The notes beneath the pieces are model-generated. The model saw nothing but the letters and a program-made list of their open reading frames with translations. It did not search any database and was not told where the DNA came from. Both the position numbers and the translations under genes were made by a program. Below, one piece after another: positions 34,114 to 48,296 of a stretch of 64,000 nt of DNA. Numbering within the stretch: the stretch's first letter is position 1; every line of letters starts with the position of its first letter. Source of the stretch: Ranitomeya imitator (lineage: Eukaryota); the NCBI RefSeq assembly GCF_032444005.1, contig NC_091286.1:433814001-433878000 (forward strand), written 5' to 3'.

Positions 34114-34489
34114 TACAGATGCGCCTTTTCTGGGGTGGCTGGGGCAGATATTTTTAGCCAGGGAGGGGGGCAATAACCATGGTCCCTCTCTATGCTATTA
34201 ATATCTGCCCTCAGTCACTGGTTTTCCCTCTCTGGGGAGAAAATTGTGCGGGAGCCCACGCCAGTTTTTTCTGTGAATTAACACTTTATTTTAACACCTA
34301 GAGCTCCCATATTTTGCACACACACACACACACACTACTAACATTATTAGTGAGAGATATCAAAAAATATAACGGATATGTCATGGTTTCCTGTATGTAA
34401 ACCATGTCTCATATCCTGTCGGGTTCGGTAAGTATTTAGCAAAAGCTGACAATTGAATTACCGGCTTTTATGCTATTTAGCTCTGTATG

Positions 34490-34536
<47 letters not shown>

Positions 34537-34797
34537 TATACACACACACCGTATATACTCGAGTATAAGCCGACCGAGTATAAGCCGACCCCCCTAATTT
34601 TGCCACAAAAAACTGGGAAAACTTATTGACTTGAGTATAAGCCTAGGATGGAAAATGCAGCAGCTACCGATGAATTTCAAAAATAAAAATAGATGCTCCA
34701 TACCATTCATTATTGCCCCATAGATGCTCCATATAAAGCTGTGCCATATATAATGCTCCATACCATTGATTATTGCCCCATAGATTATCCATATATA

Positions 34798-36433
<1,636 letters not shown>

Positions 36434-36841
36434 TAGATGTGGCATATAGAATGCTCTGCACCGTTCATTATGGCCCCATAGATGCTCCATATAAAGTTGT
36501 GCCCCACATATAATGCTCTGCACCGTTCATTATGGCCCTATAGATGCTCCACATAAAGCTGTGCCATATATGCTCTGCACCATTCATTATGGCCCCATAG
36601 ATGCTCCACATAAAGCTGTGCCATATATGCTCTGCACCGTTCAGTTTGGCCTCATAGATGCTCATTATAAAGCTGTGCCCTATATGCTCTGCACAGTTCA
36701 GTTTGGCCCCATAGATGCTCCTTATAAATCTGTGCCCTATATGCTCTGCACCGTTTATTATGGCCCCATAGATGCTCCTTATAAAGCTGTGCCATATATG
36801 CTCTGCACCGTTCATTATGGCCCCATAGATGCTCCTTATAA

Positions 36842-37916
36842 GGCCATGTTCACACAGTGCGTTTTTTACTGCGGAACCGCAGCGGTTTTGCCGCTGCGGT
36901 TCCGCAGCTGTTTTCCATGCAGGGTACATAACAATGTAACCCTATGGAAAACAGTCACTGCTGTGCACATGATCCGTAATTTCGTTTAAAAAGCCGCGCA
37001 GAATAGCTGCGGCAAAAAAGAAGGAGCATGTCACTTCTTTTTCCTGAACCGCAGCGGTTCTGCACCCATAGACCTCCATTGTGAGGTCAAAATCGCAGTA
37101 AAACCCGCAGATCAAAAATATATCTGCGGGTTTTACTGCGATTTGATGTGCAGAACCGCTGCAGCAGGAAGTGCGGGGGAGCGGGCGGAAGTGCGTGGGC
37201 GGAGTGTGGCTGCCCCCCCGTGCTCCGATCCCGCCCCCCCGTGCTCCGATGCCCCCCCCCCGTGCTCCGATGCCCTCCCCCCGTGCTCCGATGCCCCCCC
37301 CCCGTGCCCTAATCTCCCCCCCTTATACTTACCCGTCGTCCCGGTGTCCGTCCGGCCGTCTTCTCCCTGGGCGCCGCCATCTTGCAAAATGGCGGGCGCA
37401 TGCGCAGTGCGCCCGCCGAATCTGCCGGCCGGCAGATTCACTCCAAAGTGCATTTTGATCACTGAGATATAACCTATCTCAGTGATCAAAATAAAAAAAT
37501 AGTAAATGACACCCCCCCCCACTTTGTCACCCCCATTGNNNNNNNNNNNNNNNNNNNNNNNNNNNNNNNNNNNNNNNNNNNNNNNNNNNNNNNNNNNNNN
37601 NNNNNNNNNNNNNNNNNNNNNNNNNNNNNNNNNNNNNNNNNNNNNNNNNNNNNNNNNNNNNNNNNNNNNNNNNNNNNNNNNNNNNNNNNNNNNNNNNNNN
37701 NNNNNNTTAGCCCTAAAAAGCTTCCTAGGAAACACACAGTCTCTGCATAGAAAACTGCATAAAAAAAGGATAAAAAAACGCATCAAAAAACGCATCAAAA
37801 AAGGACAAAAAAAGGACCAAAAAAAGGACCTGCGTTTTCTGCCAAGAGCTGCAGTTTTTTAAAAAAACTGTCCTGAAAAAAAAAAGGATGGAAATCCTGA
37901 ACGTGTGAACATACCC
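36842..37916. mobile_element. Harbinger-type MITE or composite spanning an N-gap
   Basis: TAA TSD on both sides, TIR gg(c/g)(c/t)atgttcacac; the left part is related to the 30125 family; contains a ~21-bp C-rich minisatellite at about 37213-37310. Confidence 0.55.
37539..37706. other. Assembly gap (Ns); other gaps at 41641-41851, 45430-45570, 47505-47825, 48095-48257
   Basis: Runs of N. Confidence 1.
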
Positions 37917-38781
37917 TAAAGCTGTGGCATAAATGCTCTGCACCGTTCATTATGGCCCCATAGATGCTCATTATAAAGCTGTGCCCTATATGCTCTGCAC
38001 CGTTCAGTTTGGCCCCATAGATGCTCATTATAAAGCTGTGCCCCATATACAATGCTCTGCACCGTTCAGTTTGGTCCCATAGATGCTCATTATAAAGCTG
38101 CCCCATATAGTGCTCTGCACCGTTCAGTTTGGCCCCATAGATGCTCCACATAAATCTGTGCCATATATAACGCCGCTGCTGCTGCAATAAAAATAAAAAA
38201 AACACATACTCACCTTTCTTGCTTGCAGCTCCCCAGCGTCCAGTCCCGGCATCTCTCCGCACTGACTGATCAGGCAGAGGGCGCCGCGTACACTATATGC
38301 GTCATCGCGCCCTCTGACCTACACAGTCAGTGCGGAGAGTCGCCGGGAAGATGGAGCGGCGCCCGGCGTGTGGATCGTGGACAGGTAAATATGACATACT
38401 TACCTGCTCCCGGCATCCCGCTCCTTCCCCCGGACAGCTGGTCTTCGGGTGCCGCAGCTTTTTCCTCTATCAGCGGTCACCGTTACCGCTGATTAGAGAA
38501 ATGAATACGCGGCTCCACCCCTATGGGAGTGGAGTCCATATTCATAAGTTTAATGAGCGGTCCCACGTGACCACTGTACAGGGGAAGAGCTGCGGCACCC
38601 GAAGACAGTGTGACGGGCAGGGGGAGCGTCAGGATCGCCGGTACTAGGTAAGTATGCCTCAGACCTCTCCCCACCTCACCCGCCGACCCTGCCACAGACC
38701 GTGACTCGAGTATAAGCCGAGAGGGGCACTTTCAGCCCAAAAATTTGGGCTGAAAATCTCGGCTTATACTCGAGTATATAC

Positions 38782-38834
<53 letters not shown>

Positions 38835-38838
<4 letters not shown>

Positions 38839-41640
38839 AAGCTGCAGTAGCTTCGTACGCAGTGAAGAAGAAGGGCCAAAAAAATTCAAACACAAAAGTC
38901 TCTCTTCACAGCAATAAAGTCCACTTCACATAAATGCATATAACTTCAGTGGTCAGTTTACACCAGTTCAAAGTAATGCATATCACATGGCTTTAGATTT
39001 GCGGTCCCTAAACAGGCCAGACTTCCCTTGTCCAGTTTCCCTGGGCGACCGCACGCCATCTCACAGTTTCTATACGTCTCCATACACACAGCCTCATATG
39101 TTGCAGACACTACACACGCCAGCCCTCCTCTAACTAGTTCTCGTGGGTGTCCTGCATCGCTGTATCACAGTCTCTTTACAGACTCTTTACTCACACATTC
39201 GTACACAGTTCAGGATATCCTCCGGATAGCAGCCGGGCACCATATCCACCTGTTTGCAATCGTTGCACATGCTAGTCCTCTTTCGGGTACAGGACTGTCC
39301 ACATCCGAGACCAGTACCATGGACAACTTGCATCTCTGTGTACGCTGCGGGTGCCAGGCTATTCAGCTGCCCTGGGTGCTGGCTCTGCTAGCCTCTGCCT
39401 CCATGCACTTGGCAGACCAGCACACACCAGACTGACACTGACATACACCTGGCCTCTCCTGGCCAGACACCTGACACCCCCATACCCCTTACTACAGGGC
39501 TTTTAAACACACACAACCCTGTGGCCTCCAGCCACAGGGAAAACCCGGACCGGAGAACCGTGACTCTCATGCACACCTATGGACTTCATCCGTCTGCATG
39601 CACATTCTGGGGAGAACAAACAGCGCCCCCTAGCTGTATCAGAGGCCACAGCCTCACATATCCTTTTCCCTGTTCATACCTGTGGGGTTGAACATTTGTT
39701 ATCCCGTTAGCGTGAAAGACAGGGCATCGGTATGCCCCCCTGACAACCCCACTCACTACATTAAGAAACCAAAGTAGGGACCGGAACCATCGATCAACGC
39801 ACGCATCCCTCCCCTTTGCGTTTCTCCTCCATATTTCATTACGGGACCACCCACCCCGAGCTCCATTGCAGAAGCCAAACCCTCTTTTCTGATTAACTGC
39901 AGATTTGGGCCAGTTCTGGGTGGTCTTTACTTTGTTTACTTCAGGTTCACTAACCCCACGGGTCATCCTGTCACCTAAGTATCTGCTTTCGGGCCCCTGG
40001 TACTGCTTCCTCTGTACCCTTACCCGTGCCTCAGTGACTATATCATGGTGAAACGCCACGGACTGCGCTGGCAACTTTGAGCATATATCTGTACTACGCC
40101 GAACCCGAACCGGAGCCTCCCGACAATGCTGTCTAACAAGCACTCTATCAAATTTACTCTAACCCCGGCCCCTTCCTTGACCGGTGCCAGAGGGTTCCTC
40201 GTGTGCACATCCCCAGTCGCCTCTGCGATCGTACACTCTCGGCTCTTCTCATACCTGCGTCTTTTATATCTGTGTCTCCGAAAGAGACCCTGGATCTGAG
40301 CTGTCCCAACCTTATCAGGGAACACCTCCAGCTCAGGGTTCAATGGGGTTTCCACAACCTCTACTGCCACAACCTCTAGAGGGAGCCTATCGGGATTACA
40401 CTCTAATCCTAAATTGGCGACCCCTGTTACATACACTTTATGATCTTTGGGTTCTATGCCCAAAACAGTACATAAACACATTCTCTGCTGCAACTGCAGC
40501 GCCTCTAGCTGCTGCTGCCAGAACTGCAGCTCCTGCTGCGCAGACTTCGTGGACCCGCCGATCCACAGCAAATCTTTGTAACCCCACCGAGTTACCGCCA
40601 GAAGCCTTCAATCTTCATGGCCCCGCCGAGCCACAGCAAGACAGTCTTGAGAAGAGAAAAAAAATAATTCCAGCCGACTTTGCACAATGCTATGCAGAAC
40701 GCTTTGGGGTATGCCTCAGTTCACACTGCCCCTCGCATTCTCCACCATATGTAAGGCTGCAGTAGCTTCGTACGCAGTGAAGAAGCAGTGACCCACAAAT
40801 TCAAACACAAAAGTCTCTTTTAATGTGTTTCTTCACAGCATTAAAGTCCACTTCACATAAATGCATATAACTTCAGTGATCAGTTTACACCAGTTCAAAG
40901 TAATGCATATCACATGGCTTTAGATTTGCGGTCCCTAAACAGGCCAGACTTCCCTTGTCCAGTTTCCCTGGGCGACCGCACGCCATCTCACAGTTTCTAT
41001 ACGTCTCAATACACACAGCCTCATATGTTGCAGACACTACACACGCCAGCCCTCCTCTGACTAGTTCTCGTGGGTGTCCTACATCGCTGTATCACAGTCT
41101 CTTTACAGACTCTTTACTCACACAGTCGTACACAGTTCAGGATATCCTCCGGATAGCAGCCGGGCACCATATCCACCTGTTTGCAATCGTTGCACATGCT
41201 AGTCCTCTTTCGGGTACAGGACATCCACCTCCGGGCACAGGACTGTCCACATCCGACTCCTTCGGGTATAGGACATCCACCTCTGGGAACAGGACTGTCC
41301 ACATCCGAGACCAGTACCATGGATGACTTGCATCTCTGTGTACGCTGCGGGTGCCAGGCTATTCAGCTGCCCTGGGTGCTGGCTCTGCTGGCCTCTGCCT
41401 CCATACACTCGGCAGACCAGCACACACCAGACTGACACTGACATACACCTGGCCTCTCCTGGCCAGACACCTGACACCCCCATACCCCTTACTGCAGGGC
41501 TTTTAAACACACACAACCCTGTGGCCTCCAGCCACATGGAAAACCCGGACCGGAGAACCGTGACTCTCATGCACACCTATGGACTTCATCTGTCTGCATG
41601 CACGTTCTGGGGAGAACAAACAGCGCCCCATAGCTGTATC
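38835..41640 (-). mobile_element. Internally deleted non-autonomous Gypsy-type LTR element (right end in gap)
   Basis: LTRs 38835-39745 and 40750->41640; ~1-kb interior with RT-like fragments (HDIVTE..RVR, RYLG..NKVKTTQNWP); purine-rich tract before the 3' LTR. Confidence 0.8.
40734..40747 (-). promoter_or_regulatory. tRNA-Ala primer-binding site
   Basis: TGGTGGAGAATGCG, 2 nt after the 5' LTR, is complementary to the 3' end of vertebrate tRNA-Ala (...CGCATTCTCCACCA). Confidence 0.75.
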
Positions 41641-43139
41641 NNNNNNNNNNNNNNNNNNNNNNNNNNNNNNNNNNNNNNNNNNNNNNNNNNNNNNNNNNNN
41701 NNNNNNNNNNNNNNNNNNNNNNNNNNNNNNNNNNNNNNNNNNNNNNNNNNNNNNNNNNNNNNNNNNNNNNNNNNNNNNNNNNNNNNNNNNNNNNNNNNNN
41801 NNNNNNNNNNNNNNNNNNNNNNNNNNNNNNNNNNNNNNNNNNNNNNNNNNNTGAATATTTGAGCTTATGGATCCGTTATATGTCCATTTTGCAAGCCGGC
41901 AAGAAAATCTCGCTGTACGGATGCCATACGGATGCCATACGGATGACACATGGATACTTTGGAGGAAAAATTGCATCCTCGCATTGAATACGGATGACAT
42001 ACGGATCACTGTTCATGAACATTTCTGCGTATCTCGGCAGTAAAAAACAGACCATATTTTTATAAATTAGGTGTGAAACCGGCCTAATAGAAAATACAGG
42101 AGAACCCACACCATTTTTTTCATTGATTTGTTTATAGTGCAGGCAGCGGGTGATGAATACTCCCATCAGACGCTCCTCCTGTCACTTTTATTAGTTGCAG
42201 CAGGTGTGGGCTGATGGGAGTAATAGTCCCATCAGCCGCCGCCTGCTTTCATTATTATCACTTGAATATAACTCTCATCATTCTCTCCTGCTTGTGCTGA
42301 TCGCCAGCAGAGCTTTGGAGAATGATGAGAGTTGTCTTCAACACCCGGCGTTGGGGAACAGCGCTTACTGTACTGCTGCAAAATTTAACTTCTTACAGTG
42401 TTTTTGAAAGCAATGAGTAAGTGCAAAACCGCAGCAATAAACATAGGTTTGAGGTTTTTCGTACATCATGAACTTTTGGGGGGCACTAAACTTTATTAGC
42501 ATGCACAAGAGACAATAAAAACACAGCAAAAATGCAGCAAAACCTGCTTTTTGTAAGCAAAAACACAATGTGTGAACACAGAATTAGCACTGATACTTAG
42601 GCTATCATATTAATTGCTGGGCAGGTTCTATAATATATTGAGATGTATTGTGTCTTGTTTTTAACAGAAAAGTCTGCTGTTCTCACACTGAAAGGTGGAA
42701 ATTTGTACTGCCAAAAGCTGGATGATGTTTGCTTAATTACCCCATCATTTGGCGTCATTTGATTCACATCGCTGATTGATTGCACGAGGCTCTGATTAGT
42801 CTTTATTTCTCAGCAATTGCGGTTTCATACCCCAGTAGATTTTACTGTACTGAATAAATTAGGGGGAGCTGTGTTCACATTACATGACCACTAGGGTATT
42901 GTCAGAATTCAATTTCTTCTGACAATTTCTTTCTGCCTTCAGAGATACAGATTTGGGAACAATAAGAAAATGCTGCAGGAACTGTATGTTGGCGAGAAGT
43001 CTGATTCCATATTGGCTTACACGATCTCAATTCAACTAGGGGTATATTGCAATCATTATTCTAGGTTCACACGTATACTTGGTGCACGTTATGCTTGGAA
43101 TTCTAAACTGAAATCTGCATCCTTACTGAATCTAAGATC

Positions 43140-43750
43140 TCCTTCTAGACCAGTCCTCTACTTTCAACACAATTGACCACTGCCTCCTACTACAGATCCT
43201 CTCATCCTTTGTCATCAAAGACCTTGCCCTATCCTGGATCTCCTCATATCTTTCCAACCGTACATTCAGCGTCTCCCACTCCCATACTACCTCCTCGTCC
43301 CACCCTCTCTCTGTTGGAGTCCCCCAAGGCTTCTAGGACCCCAGACTCTTCTCAATCTCTACACTTGGCCTGGGACAACTCATAAAGTCTCATGGATTCC
43401 AGTACCACCTTTATGCTGATGGCACTCAGATCATCACTCAAATCTGGCCCAGACGTCACCTCTCTACTGTCCAGAATCTCGGAGTCTCCATCCTCCTTCT
43501 TCTCCTCTAGCTTCCTCAAACTCAATGTGGACAAATATTTCCTCCATCTCATAGATCTTCCTTACCTGACCTATCTATCACAATTAACGACATCACGCTT
43601 TCCCCCATACCGGAAGTTCACTGCCTCGGAGTAACCCTTGACTCTGCCCTGTCCTTCAAACCGCACATCCAAGCTTTTTCTACCTCCTGTCCCCTCCAGC
43701 TCAAAAATATCTCCAGAATCCGTGCTTTCTTCAACCGTCAATCTACTAAA
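43140..43750 (+). mobile_element. L2-clade LINE reverse-transcriptase relic
   Basis: Frameshifted [44 protein letters not shown](T)Q. Confidence 0.75.
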
Positions 43751-43751
43751 A

Positions 43752-44307
43752 TGCACCAGGCAGCACACAGGGGCCCCAGGCAGCGCACAGGGACCCCTGG
43801 CAGCACACAGGGGGCAGAGACAGCGCATGGGGCCCCAGACAGCACAAGGGGCCCCAGACATCGAACAGGATTGAGTGATATACTCAAGAACGGGGCCTCA
43901 GGCAGCGCATGGGGCCCCAAACAGTGCAAGGGGCCCCATACATTACACAGGGTCCCCTGACATAGCACAAGGGCCCCAGACATCACACATTGCACAGGGG
44001 CCCCAGACTTCACACAGGGGCCCCAAACATCGCACAGGATTGAGTGATCTACTCAAGAACGGGGCCCCAAACATCGCACAGGGGTCCATAACAGTGCACA
44101 GGGGTCCCAGACAGCTCACAGGGGGGCAAAGACAGCACACAAGGGCCCTGCACATTGTTTCTTCCCCCTGCGTGCTGTCTCTGGCCCCCTGTGCGCTGTC
44201 TGGGGCCTTGTACGTTGCCTAGGGCCCTGTGCACTGCCTGTGGCCCCTGTGTGCTGCCTGGGGTCCTGTTTGCTGCCTGGGGCTCCATTATTGAGTATAT
44301 CACTCAA
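43752..44307. repeat. ~20-bp GC-rich minisatellite (cagcacacaggggccccaga) with an orientation switch and 17-bp hairpin punctuation
   Basis: Units flip strand near 44148; TTGAGTGAT(A/C)TACTCAA at 43871 and 44040, inverted at 44291. Confidence 0.85.
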
Positions 44308-45004
44308 TGGTTTTCAAAAGCCTGAAAAATATGATCCACAGCAACTGGGGTATATTCTGACCCGGAAGGGTATAATCTGGTCTAGGCCACTTTAAACCCG
44401 GGTATATTCTGTGTGGGGGGGTTACACAAGCGATGTTCTCGATGGTCTTGATGAGGGGGCATGGTAGAGTCAAACGCTACTGATTCATGAAGAGAACTCT
44501 TCATAAATCAGAAGTGTCTGACAAGTGGTGTGCTCCTTTTAATAAATTATTTTAATAAATCAGATGTCCTGTCATACCCCAGCTCCACCCATTGTCATGC
44601 AACAGAGAGAAACTGGCATGAAAATGGCACATTTTTTTGTGCAACTCTCAGTTGCAGACTTTTGACAGCTATTTATGGCAGAATTCTGGTAAATTTGCTT
44701 TAAAGAATGGGGGCCTTAGTCTTTCCTTTCAAATGAATGAGTAAAACCTGTACGAAAAAGTTGTTTTTCCAAACTGAACAGAAACTGATGTCCTGCAGAT
44801 TTTTAAAAAAATAATATAATTAAAAAAAATGATGATATGAGCAAATTAAAAATCATCCATCTTTCTGGTTCTGATGAATTCTGCGCTTTTGACATACTTA
44901 AAATGTGAACCAAATATGTAGAATGTGAACTAAGGTCAAAAATTTAGTCACTTTGTTTTAATGATTTATTCATACTTATTTGTACCAATGTCAATTGTTC
45001 CTTA

Positions 45005-46642
45005 GCTCTTTCAAAGATTAATCCAGCAATTCTTTCACACGGCCAGTCTATTTCACTGTTACAGAGGATCAGTGTTTGAATTAGGCCAGCGTCACACTAC
45101 CGTGTTTTACGGACGTAAGTGGGGTGCTGAAAATACAGATTGCATATGGTACAATGCTTCTCTATGCCCCAGCTCCTATCAGCCGTATTTTACTGATCCG
45201 TATTATACGGTCTTCTACGGCCGTAGAAAATCGCAGCATGCTGCGTTTGTCACTGTATTGCGCAAAAAATACGCCAATGAAAGTTTATGGGGGTGAGAAA
45301 AATATGGATTACACACGGACCATGCATGTGACTTGCGAGAAATACGCAGCGGTGTTAGAGAGAAAAGCCGGCAATTCAGTGCGGTGTACAGTAAAATCAC
45401 ACTGACAGGTTACAATAGAATAGGTAGAANNNNNNNNNNNNNNNNNNNNNNNNNNNNNNNNNNNNNNNNNNNNNNNNNNNNNNNNNNNNNNNNNNNNNNN
45501 NNNNNNNNNNNNNNNNNNNNNNNNNNNNNNNNNNNNNNNNNNNNNNNNNNNNNNNNNNNNNNNNNNNNNAGATAGCTTAAAAGCCGGTAATTCAATTGCC
45601 GCCTTTGCTATCTCTTTCCTAAGCCCGACATGATATGAAACAGGGTTTTGCGCCCTCTGCTGGATGTCCTCATATGACCTCGAGGCTGGGAAAATATTCA
45701 GAAAAGTTTCCACGCTCGACGTCATATGAGGACATCCAGCAGAGGGCGCATCACCGCGAATGAAGGTAACTACAGGTCATTGACCTACATTCCATTCATT
45801 CCCCGGGGTTTTACAGGCACGAGCACAGCTGCATTATAGCAGAGCTCCTGCCTGTAAAATAATATAACCCCTTCAGATGGATTTACATCGTGGGACATAT
45901 CGACGGAAGGTATGAGATATTGTTGGTTTATTATTTTTAATTTGTTACAGGTCGAGGGTCTTCAGGTGGATTGAGAGTGGAATAAAATATTACAACAACC
46001 TGTGTGTTTATTTCATTAAAATACTTTGCAATATTGTGTGTGTGTTTTTTTTAACCATTTCATGCTATTGGATTAATAATAGATAGGTGTCATAATTGAC
46101 GCCTCTCCATTATTAATCTGGCTTAATGTCATCTTACAATAGCAAGGTGACATTAACCCTTCATTACCCCATATCCCACCACTACACGGGAGTGGGAAGA
46201 GAGTGGCCAAGTGCCAGAATAGGCGCATCTTCCAGATGTGCCTTTTCTGGGGTGGCTGGGGGCAGATGTTTTTAGCCAGGGGGGGGCAATAACCATGGAC
46301 CCTCTCCAGGCTATTAATATCTGCCCTCAGTCACTGACTTTACTACTCTGGCGGAGAAAATTGCGCGGGAGCCCACGCCAATTTTTTCCGCCATTTAACC
46401 CTTTAATTTAATAGCTAGACAGCCCAAATTTTGCACATACACACTACTAACATTAGTAGTGTGGATTATGCAAAAAAATGGGGATATGAGATGGTTTACT
46501 GTATGTAAACCATGTCTCATATCATGTCGGGTTTTGGAAGGAGATAGCAAAAGCTGGCAATTGAATTACCGGCTTTTAAGCTATCTCGCGCTGGCTAAAA
46601 TATTAATATATATATATATATGTGTCTCACTGACATTATATA

Positions 46643-46688
<46 letters not shown>

Positions 46689-47293
46689 GACAGTACATAT
46701 GTTTTTAGGTTTTTTGGAGCACATGGATCCATTGTATGTCCGTATGTCGGTTTTGCAAGCCTGCGAGAAAATCTCGCAGTACGGATGCCATACGGATTAC
46801 ATACGGAGGATGCCATGCGCTAAGTACGCTGACACACCCTGCCTACGGAGGAGATACGGACCACTATTTTGGGGACTTTTCTGCGTATTACGGCCGTAAA
46901 TTACGGACCGTATTTTTATACACGGAGTGTGACGCCGGCCTTAATATGGAAAAGAAGCTAAAGAACTATTTGTAGATCTGCTGTCACTGTCACTCCAACT
47001 CTATTCTCCTCCCAGCTCAGTCACCGCCTGCTTGACTGGCAGCTTTGTACCTGAAGTCACACAATATTGAGACTGTCAGTCAAGCAGGAAGAGGTGGCTA
47101 TGGACTGGCAATAGAGCTGGAGTGACAGAGGCTTCAGATCTACTCTTATTGGCATATCAATTCACATGCTGATTTCTCAGTAACAGAGAAATGGACTGGC
47201 CTTGTAAAGGTATTGGTGGGCTTCTCATTGGAAGAGCTACATGGGCATGTAAATAGTTTGCGGAGGGGGTTAAAATTCTGCTGACAGATTCCT
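45005..47293. mobile_element. Kolobok/T2-type MITE (family of 6636-6909) interrupted by a Harbinger-type element
   Basis: Flanks of 45084-46940 rejoin as gtttgaa-tta-atatg..gctaaagaactatt, matching 6758-6795; right TIR ...ctgacagattcct-TTAA. Confidence 0.65.
45084..46940. mobile_element. Harbinger-type non-autonomous element (1.86 kb including gap)
   Basis: TIR ggcc(a/g)gcgtcacact, TTA TSD on both sides, internal (TA)n and hairpins. Confidence 0.85.
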
Positions 47294-47490
47294 TTAAAAC
47301 ATATCCTCGGTAAATTGCTAATTCTGTAAATTGTGTACAATAATTGTATAAAACAAAATTTACATGTGGGACAAACCTTTTAAGTTATATGTGTTTTTTG
47401 TCTGAATCGTATTAAACATATTTCTCTTGTTTTTCTACTTATTCTAATCCCAAGTATTTACATAAAAATAAAAAAGTGCAAGACTTGCAT

Positions 47491-48296
47491 GTATATGTAT
47501 ATAGNNNNNNNNNNNNNNNNNNNNNNNNNNNNNNNNNNNNNNNNNNNNNNNNNNNNNNNNNNNNNNNNNNNNNNNNNNNNNNNNNNNNNNNNNNNNNNNN
47601 NNNNNNNNNNNNNNNNNNNNNNNNNNNNNNNNNNNNNNNNNNNNNNNNNNNNNNNNNNNNNNNNNNNNNNNNNNNNNNNNNNNNNNNNNNNNNNNNNNNN
47701 NNNNNNNNNNNNNNNNNNNNNNNNNNNNNNNNNNNNNNNNNNNNNNNNNNNNNNNNNNNNNNNNNNNNNNNNNNNNNNNNNNNNNNNNNNNNNNNNNNNN
47801 NNNNNNNNNNNNNNNNNNNNNNNNNAAAGGTGTGTATGTGTGTGTGTATGTGCATGTGTATGTATGGGTGTGTATGAGTGTGTATGTATGGGTGTGTATG
47901 CGGGTGTGTATGCGTGTGTGTATGTGTGTGCATGTATGTGTGTGCATATGTATGGGTGTGTGTATGTGTGTGTGCATATGTATTTATGTGAGTATGAGTG
48001 CGTATGTATGAGTGTGTATGTGCATGTGTATGTATGTGTCTATGAGTGTGTGTGTGTGTATGCGTGTGTATGTATGTATGACTGTGCATGTATGNNNNNN
48101 NNNNNNNNNNNNNNNNNNNNNNNNNNNNNNNNNNNNNNNNNNNNNNNNNNNNNNNNNNNNNNNNNNNNNNNNNNNNNNNNNNNNNNNNNNNNNNNNNNNN
48201 NNNNNNNNNNNNNNNNNNNNNNNNNNNNNNNNNNNNNNNNNNNNNNNNNNNNNNNNNGTATGTATGCATGTGTTTGTGAAGGTGTGTATGTGTGTG
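47491..48296. repeat. Compound (TG)/(TATG) microsatellite with two gaps
   Basis: Low-complexity gtgtgtatg repeats. Confidence 0.95.

Larger units (their letters stand above)
36440..38170. repeat. ~57-bp minisatellite of the Tc2-like element (36440-36841 and 37917-38170; also 34690-34797)
   Basis: Unit atgctctgcaccgttcattatggccccatagatgctcc(t/a)tataaagctgtgccatat; split by the Tc1 and a MITE; gives 19-aa repeat pseudo-ORFs. Confidence 0.9.

Noticed and set aside
34114-34173. N-terminus MPPSLAKNICPSHPRKGAS of the 398-aa ORF
   Set aside because: Comes from the flanking Harbinger-type host repeat; the Penelope is 5'-truncated at about 34113.
36468-36989. ORFs with 19-aa repeats on both strands
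   Set aside because: They are products of the 57-bp minisatellite in a non-autonomous element.
40184-40765. 193-aa plus-strand ORF
   Set aside because: Antisense to the deleted LTR element's interior, with no motifs.
43752-44307. CRISPR-like repeat/spacer pattern
   Set aside because: Eukaryotic context, only three hairpin motifs, the spacers are themselves repeats, and there are no cas genes.
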